From positions 1 to 61,356 of the forward strand of contig CAYLUP010000004.1 in NCBI GenBank assembly GCA_964386905.1: DNA of 61,356 bases, read 5' to 3'. This document shows positions 28,225 to 38,484 of the stretch, in pieces. The stretch comes from an uncultured Candidatus Saccharibacteria bacterium (GTDB lineage Bacteria > Patescibacteriota > Minisyncoccia > Phycocordibacterales > UBA6899). Position numbers and translations under genes: made by a program. Below the pieces are notes generated by a model. The model was not told the origin of the DNA. It was given only the letters and a program-made list of their open reading frames with translations, and did no database searches. Each line of letters begins with the position of its first letter. The stretch's first letter is position 1.

Positions 28225-31029
28225 ATGATGCAAACACTCAAGAAACTCACCGGCCACATGGCACAATCTCGTCTCTTCTCGAGAGTTTTTTCTTTTCTCT
28301 GTGTTTTTGCTCTTTTCCTCACCCCGCTTGCACTTTCAACTGAAAACGGCATACACCTCCTTAATGCGGAAGCGGCAAACCCGATAAAATTTTTTACAGA
28401 CCCCCTTGGGTACCTCAAACAAAGTTTTGTAGACCTTCTTCTTGTTATCACAGCAGGTATTCTTCGTATTCTTGTGTTTTTTGCGTCTTTATCAAGTAAA
28501 TTCTTTACATTAGCAGCAGATTACTCGACGCGAGGCTCCGTGTACGCTGATCTTCCTTTCATTACCGTAGGATGGACTTTTATTCGCGATCTTGTAAATT
28601 CGACATTCATCTTTATTGTTTTATTTGCAGCGTTTAAAGAACTCCTCACCTTCAACTCTCCGGCAACAGGAAGACTCCAAGACCTTGCGGTAAAAATCAC
28701 CATTGCAGCACTGCTTATCAACTTCAGTCTCTTTTTCACAAAAGTTGGCATCGATGCATCAAACTATCTCTCACGAACACTTGTCTGTCGCATGCAAGTT
28801 GTCGACACATCAGTAAATCCACCAATACGAACCTGTGACCCAGGCGAAGTACTTGTTGCAGGATTACGCCTTCATACATTTGATTTCTCAAACATGGGTG
28901 AAGCAAATCCTCTGCTCAAGGCAAGTCTCTACGGTCAGACCGATGTGCTTATGAATACGGTGTTTTCAAATATTGGCGGCATTCTCGTCAGTATCATTGC
29001 CATCATCGCATTCTTCAGTGCCGCGTTTATGTTTATGGCTCGCATCTTTATACTGGTAATCATTATGGTGTTTTCACCACTCATGTTCGCCGCAACGGCA
29101 TTAAACTTTAGAATGGTCAAGGAGATGCAAGCAAAATGGAAATCGGAATTTTATGCACAACTTTCATTTCCATTAATATTTCTTCTCACTATTTATCTTG
29201 CGGTTCGATTTATCCGACTTGATGGTTTTGTTCCAAAAGGAGGAGAGAATACGGGTGGAACATTTTCTTTTGCGGAAGCTTTCGTTGGAACACCAAATGC
29301 ATTTCCTATTATTTTGAATTATGGTTTTGTCATTATTATCATGCTTGTCGGCCTAAAAGCTGCACGTGCAGCAAGTGGAACAGCAAAGGTCATGGGAGAC
29401 AAAACATCAAGCCTTGTTGCGAATAAAACCCTTGCGATGGCTGGGGCACTCGGAAGACAAACCGCCGGTCGCTTTGCAAAAAGTGTTGCAGAGAGCGATA
29501 AGCTTAAAGCATGGTCACAGAAAAGCGGCTTTAATCGCTTTGTGGGTGATAAGGTGATGCGAGGAGCGAATAAGGTTTCAGGGAGCTCCTTTGATATGCG
29601 AAACTCGAAAGCATTCGGATCATCATTTGGAACTGTTGGAAAACAGCTTGGTGTTGGCTTTGAAAAGGGGAGCAACAAAAACTTTACGAAAGATGGAAAA
29701 TCCATTGCAGCCATCGGACCAAGCGCGATGCGACAAATATCCGCGGATCTTGGTTTCAAAATGTCCAAAACCGAGGAAGAGGCGCTTACAAAAAACCGCA
29801 GCGCAAAACTTATCGAGAAATATGGATATAGCGGAGAAATGTTGGCTACTTATGCTAAATCTGAATTTGGAGATAAGTTGATGGATAAAGAGCACAAAGA
29901 TCTTCGAGAGGAAATCGTGAAAAAGATTAGAGACGAACACAAGAAAGATCCTGGTGCAGCAGTTACCGCCCTTAAACGTGTGTTTGGAGATTCTGGAACA
30001 GGGTCAGAGAAAAAGAATACCTTTGCAACAAACAAAGAATTCAAAGCAGCAAGGCAAGAACTTGCGAAAGACATGCTTGAAGCGCTAAAAGAGAATCCGG
30101 ACTACAAAGACAAGCACAAAGAAATCGAAGAAAATATTGCTGCGGCATTCGGAAAAGATGAGTACGAAAAATCAAAAGACTTCGAAGAAATTCGTGGACA
30201 ACTCAAAGGAGAAATATCAAAAGAACGTCTCAAGGGAAGTGCGAAGGACTACATTAAAGCATTTGATGAACTTAATAAGCAGAAAGCACTTGTTGCCGCC
30301 GACGATCCTTCGCTTATTCCTCTCAAAGAAAAACTTGCCGCACAAGCAGAAGCATTCCAAAAAGCGTCTCTCAATGCAAAACCAGAGGTTATTGCAGATC
30401 TTGCAGCCGCAGACATAGACAAGCTCCATTCTCAACTCAAGAAGGCACATATTCTTGCAATACAAAAGAAACGAGCAACTCCAGGTGGGTACTCTGGCCA
30501 AACCGGAGACAAGACTGAAGAGCAGTTGATAGATGAAATGATGCAAAAAATGCTTATCGATGGTGAAAACGCGAATCCCATCTTGAGCGAATATATTGCA
30601 ACAGAACTTATCAAAGACACGTCACCATTTGATATCGACCTTGCTCCATCGTTTGGGGATCTTCTTGTACAAAAGAACCTCGCAAGCAGTCTTGATGATA
30701 GAGCGCGACTCGAGAAACAAACCAAGCGTCTCGTTCAAGCAATGCGACCAGAGCACCTTCTGAAGGTCAGCCATCATGATATCCTTCGTCCTGAAGTGAT
30801 TCCAAATATCCATCCAAATTCATTATTTGAGTTTAGACAAGCATTGGAGTCCCAAGGAAAAACCGATGCCATCGCCGAACTCGAAGCAACAGCAAATCAA
30901 ATTGAAAATCAATCAATATCTGCTGGGACAGGTTCATTTGCAAGATTCTTCGATAATGACAATCAAAAGAAAAAGACAGTAGCCGCTTTGCGAGGGAAAA
31001 ATCCAAATACCGTCAGAAAGAAGAAATAA
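28225..31029 (+). CDS. VirB6/TrbL-like polytopic membrane protein with a long helical cytoplasmic tail
   Basis: GWTFIRDLVN, multiple TM helices, ARIFILVIIMVFSPL and W..EF pattern, then a Gly/Ala-rich segment and ~450 aa of charged helices. Confidence 0.7.
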   Translation: MMQTLKKLTGHMAQSRLFSRVFSFLCVFALFLTPLALSTENGIHLLNAEAANPIKFFTDPLGYLKQSFVDLLLVITAGILRILVFFASLSSKFFTLAADYSTRGSVYADLPFITVGWTFIRDLVNSTFIFIVLFAAFKELLTFNSPATGRLQDLAVKITIAALLINFSLFFTKVGIDASNYLSRTLVCRMQVVDTSVNPPIRTCDPGEVLVAGLRLHTFDFSNMGEANPLLKASLYGQTDVLMNTVFSNIGGILVSIIAIIAFFSAAFMFMARIFILVIIMVFSPLMFAATALNFRMVKEMQAKWKSEFYAQLSFPLIFLLTIYLAVRFIRLDGFVPKGGENTGGTFSFAEAFVGTPNAFPIILNYGFVIIIMLVGLKAARAASGTAKVMGDKTSSLVANKTLAMAGALGRQTAGRFAKSVAESDKLKAWSQKSGFNRFVGDKVMRGANKVSGSSFDMRNSKAFGSSFGTVGKQLGVGFEKGSNKNFTKDGKSIAAIGPSAMRQISADLGFKMSKTEEEALTKNRSAKLIEKYGYSGEMLATYAKSEFGDKLMDKEHKDLREEIVKKIRDEHKKDPGAAVTALKRVFGDSGTGSEKKNTFATNKEFKAARQELAKDMLEALKENPDYKDKHKEIEENIAAAFGKDEYEKSKDFEEIRGQLKGEISKERLKGSAKDYIKAFDELNKQKALVAADDPSLIPLKEKLAAQAEAFQKASLNAKPEVIADLAAADIDKLHSQLKKAHILAIQKKRATPGGYSGQTGDKTEEQLIDEMMQKMLIDGENANPILSEYIATELIKDTSPFDIDLAPSFGDLLVQKNLASSLDDRARLEKQTKRLVQAMRPEHLLKVSHHDILRPEVIPNIHPNSLFEFRQALESQGKTDAIAELEATANQIENQSISAGTGSFARFFDNDNQKKKTVAALRGKNPNTVRKKK

Positions 31030-31070
31030 GAAATAGCCAACACGCACATATGCATGTTGGCTATTTTGTA

Positions 31071-31664
31071 TTACTTTCTCCAGGGTTTTCCGCGCCCTGG
31101 TTGGTCTCGTCGCTGGTTTTGATTTTCATTCTTCCTGCGCAGGCCACCAGTAGACCTGAGCTCAAGGAGGTCGTCGATTGCTCGCTGCACTTTCTCGTGC
31201 TTGAGCGTAAGGAGTTCCTCATCAATCGAAGAACCATTCTGTTGAGCGGTCTGGATGTCTGCGAGCAAAGACTGTTCGAGAACATTCAACTCATCCTCAA
31301 GCTCAGCAATGAGCTGCGGGTGAAGTGCAGCAGGCATCGACGCGATGATTTCTACCGCATCGAGAAACGCGCTCTTCTTATAGCGTGCAAGTAACTGTGC
31401 GTACTCGCTATCCCTCAAGGAGAACTTGAAGGAAGACTCGATGAGTCTCACATCTGAAAATTTTGCTCGCTTGAGCGCCTCTTCCCAGATGGAACTCTTG
31501 ACAGTTGCCGCGACTGCTGGAATTGGGATCCGCAGTGCAACTTCGACGGCTGCCTTCCACTGAGAAGCAGCAACGTAGTTCTGGCACTGCTCCTCCGGTG
31601 TCCCAGAAGGCCTTCCTGCCGCCTCCAGACCGAGCGCACGTCGTCGCTCTTCGAGATAGCTCAT
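31071..31664 (-). CDS. Orphan helical protein
   Basis: ATG at 31664 with AAGGAG SD; visibly GC-richer than its neighbours. Confidence 0.65.
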   Translation of the reverse strand: MSYLEERRRALGLEAAGRPSGTPEEQCQNYVAASQWKAAVEVALRIPIPAVAATVKSSIWEEALKRAKFSDVRLIESSFKFSLRDSEYAQLLARYKKSAFLDAVEIIASMPAALHPQLIAELEDELNVLEQSLLADIQTAQQNGSSIDEELLTLKHEKVQRAIDDLLELRSTGGLRRKNENQNQRRDQPGRGKPWRK

Positions 31665-31683
31665 ATGAATCTCCTTTTTCCTT

Positions 31684-32118
31684 TTATCTCGGAAACAGTT
31701 TATACCCACCAACAATCCAGATGATTGTCGCGGGAAAGATGAGGATAAGTGTCGCTTTTGGGAGGAATTCAACCCACACAAGAACGACTCCGAAAATGCT
31801 CAGAAAGGGAAGTACTGTCAAAAAACATAACAGTAAACCCGGTAGCACGACTTTTCCCTCACCACTTTCAGATTCAAATGCAGTTTTCAAATACTTTCTG
31901 TACCCGATTCCTGCATAGATCAAAAGAAGTGCCCAGATAACATCTGCTGTCATCCACACACCACTCATGAAATCTCCAAAAGTAGCAGGGGAAAACACCC
32001 TACCCCCCATTACGTGCATCCTCTCAAAAAGGATTCCGAAGGTGGTGAGCAGAATGAGGAAATAGAAGATTCGCAGCCCTAATAGCCACGGCTTAAAAAT
32101 GTACTTACTTAGGCTCAT
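31684..32118 (-). CDS. Orphan multi-pass membrane protein
   Basis: About four hydrophobic segments; GGAGG SD 5 nt before the ATG. Confidence 0.7.
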   Translation of the reverse strand: MSLSKYIFKPWLLGLRIFYFLILLTTFGILFERMHVMGGRVFSPATFGDFMSGVWMTADVIWALLLIYAGIGYRKYLKTAFESESGEGKVVLPGLLLCFLTVLPFLSIFGVVLVWVEFLPKATLILIFPATIIWIVGGYKLFPR

Positions 32119-32227
32119 AGCCACCTCCTACACATATTATACAGTAGATTTTGTATCTGTCAATTGCTTACAAGCCAATATGTTGACTATTTTACTAATT
32201 CATTATATAATGTTTTCAGGAGGTCTC

Positions 32228-32875
32228 ATGGGCACACATATCGATGTCCTTGTTCACAAAGCTAAAAATGCCCCCAACAAAAAGAATTGGAGGGGTGCGC
32301 CGAGCGAGCGCCAAAAGGCGCAAGAAGAGCTGCTTCAAATCATGGAAAAGAAAGACCATTGGATTCTTCTGGCAAATTACGGGGAAACCAAAGAAATCCG
32401 TGAAAAAGCCGTAGATCGCTGGATCATGGAAGGTCTTGGGAGCGGTGACGCACTCAACCTTTTTCTTGCATCAAAAGACTCATCCGTCAAAATGAAAATT
32501 ATTGCCTTGTTTGGCAAGGAGGGAAGTGGGCGATCTGCAAGCAATCTGTGGTCCATCATCCGACATGAGCCAGAGAGCCCGTGTGGGAAAGAAGCGCTGA
32601 AGCAGCTGTTTCAGATTGCAAAGGATGATGCGAAAACAGAGGCTGCAAAACGTGAAAAGTTGTGCGCACTCAATGCCCTAAAATCACTTGCCCATGAAGA
32701 AAAAGGCGAGTGCGCGCGTGAAGCGTTTGACCATCTCTGGCATCTCGACCAACTTGAGATGCAGAAGTCGGGGAAGCAGTTCACCGTCCTTTCCATACCC
32801 AACAACATAACGTTCTGGGTAACAAAGGCGAAGAACCCCATCGTCCAAAGAGCATGCAAATCGCTCTTGAAATAA
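32228..32875 (+). CDS. Orphan helical-repeat-like protein
   Basis: GGAGG SD; repeated short helices; followed by the hairpin GCGCCCCGATCGGGGCGC. Confidence 0.65.
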   Translation: MGTHIDVLVHKAKNAPNKKNWRGAPSERQKAQEELLQIMEKKDHWILLANYGETKEIREKAVDRWIMEGLGSGDALNLFLASKDSSVKMKIIALFGKEGSGRSASNLWSIIRHEPESPCGKEALKQLFQIAKDDAKTEAAKREKLCALNALKSLAHEEKGECAREAFDHLWHLDQLEMQKSGKQFTVLSIPNNITFWVTKAKNPIVQRACKSLLK

Positions 32876-32924
32876 TCGAGCGCCCCGATCGGGGCGCTTT
32901 TGTTTTCTATGATATACTAGGCAC

Positions 32925-33494
32925 ATGAATAGTGTTGCTCAAAAACTTCTTGCCACACCAACAGAGATTCAACAGCTCGTTGAAAGTGACGCTCTCACAC
33001 AAGTCCTACACACCATCTGTGCAGAACACGATATCCCCGAATCTTGGTCGGGAGAACTTATTCGTGGAACAATTCGTATTCTTTGCGGAGAGATGAAGCC
33101 CGCTGATTTCATCGATTTCATCATGCGTGAATATTGGGTAGAAGAAGAGGAAGCCCTATCAATCGCACAAAAAATCAATCTCCGTATTTTCTCTCTTGTA
33201 AAACCACAGCTCGCACTAGTTCATAATATTTCGGATCAGAATCTCGCGCACCGCGTGAAGGTGCCAAAAAAGCCAAAAGAATCAACGGAGCATATCGAAA
33301 TTCCTGCAACACAACCAAAAGAAGCACCATCACCATACATGGTAACAACCCCACAAAACAGTGAAACGGCGCAACGTGTCCCCCAAGAACACACACCACG
33401 ATCAACACCACAACCTGAAACAAAACCATCTATTCAAACAAGCCTTAGCTCCAAACTCAGTGGGCAAACGAAAGATCCATATCGAGAATTTTAA
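32925..33494 (+). CDS. Hypothetical protein upstream of prgI (Pro-rich tail ending DPYRE)
   Basis: 189-aa ORF co-oriented with the PrgI gene. Confidence 0.8.
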   Translation: MNSVAQKLLATPTEIQQLVESDALTQVLHTICAEHDIPESWSGELIRGTIRILCGEMKPADFIDFIMREYWVEEEEALSIAQKINLRIFSLVKPQLALVHNISDQNLAHRVKVPKKPKESTEHIEIPATQPKEAPSPYMVTTPQNSETAQRVPQEHTPRSTPQPETKPSIQTSLSSKLSGQTKDPYREF

Positions 33495-33497
33495 TCT

Positions 33498-33914
33498 ATG
33501 CGATTTCAAGTACCACAATTTATTGATATTGAAGACAAGATTGTTGGACCACTTTCCCTCAATCAGTTTATATACATCGCAGGAAATGCCGCGCTTGCTT
33601 TTGTCTCCTATCGACTTATTCCTGTTGCTATTATTGGCATTCTTCTTGGTGCGGCATTTATCACTTTTGGTCTTCTTCTCGCATTCTACAAACACAACAA
33701 TCGACCACTCATTCACCTTGTTTCTGCAATGGTGAATTTCGCCATAAAACCAAAACTCTACATTTGGAAACCAAGACCAAAAAAAGAAGATACAGTCATA
33801 GACTTTTCTTCATTTAAACCAACAAATCGCATAGTGACAGTAGCAAAAAATGAAACTCCAAGCACGAGCAAACTGAGTGACATGTCATGGCAACTCGACA
33901 TGGAACCACAATAA
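33498..33914 (+). CDS. prgI: PrgI family protein (VirB3-like)
   Basis: MRFQVPQFIDIEDKIVGPLSLNQF, two TM segments, and KPKLYIWK. Confidence 0.88.
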   Translation: MRFQVPQFIDIEDKIVGPLSLNQFIYIAGNAALAFVSYRLIPVAIIGILLGAAFITFGLLLAFYKHNNRPLIHLVSAMVNFAIKPKLYIWKPRPKKEDTVIDFSSFKPTNRIVTVAKNETPSTSKLSDMSWQLDMEPQ

Positions 33915-33995
33915 ACACTTTCTGGTGTTTATTTTTATTATATTGCCAAAATAGAATTTTGTGGTATAATATATGAAACTTGCCTTGGAGGGCTC

Positions 33996-34460
33996 ATGTT
34001 CATTTACTTCCGTGTTCTCGGACTCATTGCCATTATTCTCTGTTCCGCTTGTTCAAAACCCGCTTTTTATGGTTTCGAACCAAATGGAAGCAGAGCGTTT
34101 TGGGAGCAACACCACACACAACCCATCACATTTCTGCCAGGAATAGGCGAGCGAGGCTCTTCGGTTACTGGGCCACTGCGAATCACGTATTCGAAGCCAG
34201 TAACTCTTGAGTCAAACAATATTCTCCTCTACTCCACAGCGAATCCCTCAATGTATATTCGCTGCAGAGTTGTCCCTTACGGTGACGGGAGAACGTATTC
34301 GTTTTACCCAAGAATCCCGCTTCGGTTCTCACAGACGTATCTGTGGAGAATTACCCAAGTGAAAGATTCTTCGGGGAAATCCGTTCCGGATTTTCATGGA
34401 TATTTTCAAACCGAAGGAGACGAAAAGCGCAACATCGCGGCTCATATGTGGGGGCGATGA
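33996..34460 (+). CDS. Putative lipoprotein with an Ig-like (SbsA/Big_5-type) domain
   Basis: Lipobox-like LCSAC; ITYSKPV...YSFYPRIPL...Y..RITQVKD.SG......FQT pattern. Confidence 0.65.
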   Translation: MFIYFRVLGLIAIILCSACSKPAFYGFEPNGSRAFWEQHHTQPITFLPGIGERGSSVTGPLRITYSKPVTLESNNILLYSTANPSMYIRCRVVPYGDGRTYSFYPRIPLRFSQTYLWRITQVKDSSGKSVPDFHGYFQTEGDEKRNIAAHMWGR

Positions 34461-34903
34461 TGAAAATTCTCTACGTTTTTCTCCCTCTAGCTCTTATGGG
34501 GTGTCGGGAACCAAGACAACAGGGGTATGCGGATTATTATTTCCTCAAACACCCCAGTGTGGTCAGTGTATTTCCCGTTGCACAAAAGAATGGGTATGAA
34601 ATACTCACTTCCACAAATGTGTGGTTTTCTATGAGCCACACAACGCACCCAGTATTCGTCCTTTTCAATAAAGCAGGGAAGCGGGTTGAAGGGGTACTCC
34701 TTCAAATAAACCCAACAACGTACTGCTTCAAACCAAAAAAATGTTTAGAGGAGTATGCTCAATACTCTTATACAATTTCCGCACCCGAGATGATTCCTGT
34801 TTCTGTATCCTTCCGTACACATGGACACAGAAGCGAGAAAAATACTCTTCGGTACGGATGGTGGGGAGGGGCAGCGCAGCCCACCCAGACGCATATTCGA
34901 TAA
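34457..34903 (+). CDS. Putative lipoprotein with an Ig-like (Big_5-type) domain
   Basis: Lipobox LMGC; VVSVFP...VWFS...FKPKKCLEEYAQYSYTI...VSFRT. Overlaps the previous stop (ATGA). Confidence 0.65.
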   Translation: MMKILYVFLPLALMGCREPRQQGYADYYFLKHPSVVSVFPVAQKNGYEILTSTNVWFSMSHTTHPVFVLFNKAGKRVEGVLLQINPTTYCFKPKKCLEEYAQYSYTISAPEMIPVSVSFRTHGHRSEKNTLRYGWWGGAAQPTQTHIR

Positions 34904-34964
34904 ATCTACGCCCGGCACCAGCCGGGCGTTCTCATTTGAAGTATCATCATGATATACTATGTGC

Positions 34965-35597
34965 ATGGCGACACCTGGAAAATCTTCACAAACTTTTGTT
35001 CCAATAAAAGAAATCCGCGATGGTATTATTGTTCTCGAAAATGGGGAACTCCGTCGCATTCTCATTACCTCTACTTTAAATTTTGGACTCAAATCAGCAG
35101 AAGAGCAATATGCACTTCTTGGACAATTCCAGTCTTTCTTGAATGGGCTCGATTTTTCAATTCAAATTGTCATCCAAAGTAAGCGCCTCGACATTCGTCC
35201 ATATATTAATCTCTTGAAAGAAAGGGAGAAAGTCCAACTCATTGATGCAATGAAAATTCAAGTGCATGAGTATATTGCATTTATCGAAGACTTCACACAA
35301 CGTTCAAATATTATGTCGAAAAGCTTCTTTGTTGTTGTGCCGTATTCAAGCAGTATTCAATCAGGAAAAACACTAGGAGTACTCGCAAACATTCCAGGGC
35401 TGGGTGACAAAAAACTCCCACAAATTAACCGCACTTTTGAAGAAGCACGCATGCAACTCGAACAACGTGTTGCGGTTGTCCAGCAGGGGCTTGCTGGGTG
35501 TGATATCCGCACAGCACCTCTCGGAACTGAAGAAGTGACAGAAATATTTTATAAGAAATTCAATCCTGGAGAGCTCGAAACAGCTATCGTAAAATAA
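34965..35597 (+). CDS. T4SS-locus protein related to the VirB4/TraC N-terminal region
   Basis: SSQTFVPIKEIRDGII, NFGLKSAEEQ, FQSFLNGLDFSIQIVIQS and FFVVVPY; immediately upstream of VirB4. Confidence 0.7.
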   Translation: MATPGKSSQTFVPIKEIRDGIIVLENGELRRILITSTLNFGLKSAEEQYALLGQFQSFLNGLDFSIQIVIQSKRLDIRPYINLLKEREKVQLIDAMKIQVHEYIAFIEDFTQRSNIMSKSFFVVVPYSSSIQSGKTLGVLANIPGLGDKKLPQINRTFEEARMQLEQRVAVVQQGLAGCDIRTAPLGTEEVTEIFYKKFNPGELETAIVK

Positions 35598-35598
35598 T

Positions 35599-37362
35599 AT
35601 GGACCAAATACTTCCACCAGAGGCTGCAGACAATGGACAAGACGTCAACCTTAAAGACATCTTGGCGCCAGCAGCAGTAAAAATAAACCCCAACGAGCTC
35701 TATATTGGATCAAAGATGGCACGAACGCTTTTTGTTATCTCATATCCAAGAAACCTTACCCAAGACTGGTTTACCCCAATCATCAATCTCGACAAGGCGT
35801 ACGATGTATCCATTCACATTCATCCTATTTCAACAGAGGATGCGCTGCACGCATTTCAAAAGAAAGTTGCTGAGGTACAAAGCCAAATTGTCGATCGCGA
35901 AGCAAAAGGTCTTGTTCGTGACCCTATGCTTGATACAGCATATCAAGATCTTGAAAATCTTCGTGACGGACTCCAACAGGCATCAGAAAAGCTGTTTGAT
36001 GTTGGTTTGTATATTACGATATACGGCAATGACACCCAAGACCTCGATAGGGTTGAGAGTGAAATCAAATCGATCCTTGATGCAAAAATGGTATTTCTAA
36101 AGCCCGCGATATTTCAACAGGAAACAGGTTTCCGCTCTATTCTTCCTATTGCAACAGACGAACTTGAAGTACACTACAAGCTTAATTCTGCTCCACTTTC
36201 ATCGATATTTCCATTTGTGTCTTTTGACCTTACTTCTGATAAAGGAATTCTCTGGGGAATCAATCGACACAACGCTTCACTTGTGTTATTCGATCGATTT
36301 TCTATGCCAAACTATAATTCAGTGATGTTTGCAACATCTGGCTCAGGAAAATCATTTACCACAAAACTCGAGATTATCCGAACACTCATGTTCGACGCAG
36401 ATGTTATTGTGATCGACCCAGAGCAAGAATACCTTTTTCTCGCAGAAGCAACTGGGGGAAGATTCTTCAATATCTCTCTTACTTCGGAACACCATATCAA
36501 CCCATTTGATATTCCGGCACCGAGTGAAGACGAAGCCTTTGGTGATGTTCTCCGCTCAAACATTATTTTCTTAGTAGGACTCTTCCGTGTGATGCTTGGG
36601 GGCCTCACTCCAGTAGAAGACGGTATTTTAGACCGAGCAATCACAGAAACCTACGCATTAAAAGACATTAATGAGAACTCAACATGGGACCACATAGAGC
36701 CACCACTTTTAAGTGACCTTGAAATGGTTCTTTCGGGAATGGACGGCACAGAGAACATTCTTTCTCGCCTTGAAAAATACACGCGAGGGACGTGGTCAGG
36801 ATTCCTCAATCAGCCAACAAATGTTGATATTACAAAGCGTTTTACCGTCTTTTGTATTCGCAACATGGAAGAGGAGTTGAAGCCGATTGCTATGCACATC
36901 ATTACGCATCACATTTGGACGGCAGTACGAAAAGAGCTTCGGAAACGTCTTTTGATTGTAGATGAGGCATGGATTATGATGAAATCAGAAGATACCGCCT
37001 CCTTCCTCTTTGGGCTTGCAAAGCGTGGTCGTAAATACTACCTTGGTATTGCAACAATCACTCAAGACGTCAACGACTTCCTTAAATCCCCATACGGACT
37101 CCCAATTCTGACAAACTCATCCATCCAAATTCTACTCAAACAATCCCCAATGACGATCGATGCAGTGCAAAATGCATTCCATTTGACGGATGAGGAGAAG
37201 TTTCTGCTTTTAGAATCTGGAGTAGGAGAGGGCATCTTCTTTGCCGGACTCAAACACGTAGCAATGAAAGTATACGCTTCCTACACAGAAGAGCAGATAA
37301 TTACCTCCGACCCAGCACAAATGCTCGCCATCAAAAAGGCAAAGGCGGATCTTGCAACATAA
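35599..37362 (+). CDS. virB4: VirB4-like conjugal-transfer ATPase
   Basis: Walker A ATSGSGKS, VIDPEQEY, HINPFD, LIVDEAW, KRGRKY and ITQDVNDF. Confidence 0.88.
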   Translation: MDQILPPEAADNGQDVNLKDILAPAAVKINPNELYIGSKMARTLFVISYPRNLTQDWFTPIINLDKAYDVSIHIHPISTEDALHAFQKKVAEVQSQIVDREAKGLVRDPMLDTAYQDLENLRDGLQQASEKLFDVGLYITIYGNDTQDLDRVESEIKSILDAKMVFLKPAIFQQETGFRSILPIATDELEVHYKLNSAPLSSIFPFVSFDLTSDKGILWGINRHNASLVLFDRFSMPNYNSVMFATSGSGKSFTTKLEIIRTLMFDADVIVIDPEQEYLFLAEATGGRFFNISLTSEHHINPFDIPAPSEDEAFGDVLRSNIIFLVGLFRVMLGGLTPVEDGILDRAITETYALKDINENSTWDHIEPPLLSDLEMVLSGMDGTENILSRLEKYTRGTWSGFLNQPTNVDITKRFTVFCIRNMEEELKPIAMHIITHHIWTAVRKELRKRLLIVDEAWIMMKSEDTASFLFGLAKRGRKYYLGIATITQDVNDFLKSPYGLPILTNSSIQILLKQSPMTIDAVQNAFHLTDEEKFLLLESGVGEGIFFAGLKHVAMKVYASYTEEQIITSDPAQMLAIKKAKADLAT

Positions 37363-37422
37363 CAACAGCGAAAGCTGTTTTTATGTTGCAAAAACGTGTA
37401 AAAATTGAGGTATACTATACCT

Positions 37423-38484
37423 ATGGCGCCCCAATTGAGCGGCAAATCATTCAAGGCTGTGTCTCGATCAAAAGCGAGTGTTTCGGCAGGAAAACCACTT
37501 CCATCTAAAAAAGAGATAAGTGGTGCTTTTCAAAAACAAAAACAAGGGTTTCAGGGACCAGTTGCTGGTTATACTGGAAACGAAAAAGAAAAAACAACAA
37601 CAGAAATCATTAATGAATATACAAAAGGAGAAAAATATAGCACGAACACAAAAAACACTCAAAATGAACACAAAGCAATAGGGGAGCGTAATCCTCATAC
37701 GCACCAGATGCAAAGTGCGCATGAGGTTACTGTTCGGCAAATCGAATCTATTGAAGATCCTGAAGAAAAAGAATCCGCAACCAGGCGCATCGAGCGCATA
37801 TATGAAGAGCAGCTCTCCACATCGCCCCCAATTGTGCTTGCAGCGAAACCTGTTGGGGGCATTGGGTATTATGCAACGTTCTTTATTGTCATGGCCAAAG
37901 ACCTTATTGATATTCTTTGGGAAGTAATTAGCCTTTTTGCTGATATCACAGTGATTCTTGGTATTATTACATGGTGCATTAGCACAGTAATGGATATCAT
38001 GGTGTTTCTCATCACATCATTCTACTTTTGGTACGTTGATCTCCACGGTGGAAGCGTTCGTGCAAAAGCACAGACAATTTCCATGTTTACTGAAATTCTT
38101 CCAATTGGTGGGTTTGTCCCTGCACAATCTATGGCATATTGGTGGATTGTGCATCAAGAAAACAAAAGGCGAAAGCGCGAAAAAGAGGAACTCCAACAAC
38201 AAAAAAATATTGAACACCAAGAACGCATTCAATACGCCATAAACGCTCAACAAGAACTCCGTGAAATGTCTATGCAAAACACACATGTCACACAATCTCA
38301 CCAAGACACACAAAACACCCCTCCATCTGTTCGTGCTGGGAATAAAATACCACAACACACATTCCAAAGCACATTTGCACCTCAACCTCATACTCCAGAG
38401 CAGAAAAAAACTGCTACAATACAACAAGAGCAGCAAAGAAGAATACCACCAGCACAAGTCATACAGGCTTCACAAAAACCATGA
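37423..38484 (+). CDS. Hypothetical membrane protein with a Q/T-rich tail
   Basis: Central hydrophobic region and EILPIGGFVP motif; in the operon after virB4. Confidence 0.75.
   Translation: MAPQLSGKSFKAVSRSKASVSAGKPLPSKKEISGAFQKQKQGFQGPVAGYTGNEKEKTTTEIINEYTKGEKYSTNTKNTQNEHKAIGERNPHTHQMQSAHEVTVRQIESIEDPEEKESATRRIERIYEEQLSTSPPIVLAAKPVGGIGYYATFFIVMAKDLIDILWEVISLFADITVILGIITWCISTVMDIMVFLITSFYFWYVDLHGGSVRAKAQTISMFTEILPIGGFVPAQSMAYWWIVHQENKRRKREKEELQQQKNIEHQERIQYAINAQQELREMSMQNTHVTQSHQDTQNTPPSVRAGNKIPQHTFQSTFAPQPHTPEQKKTATIQQEQQRRIPPAQVIQASQKP

Noticed and set aside
7972-34903. Integron cassette array explaining the orphan genes
   Set aside because: Downstream hairpins look like terminators, lack RYYYAAC/GTTRRRY attC ends, and no IntI is present.
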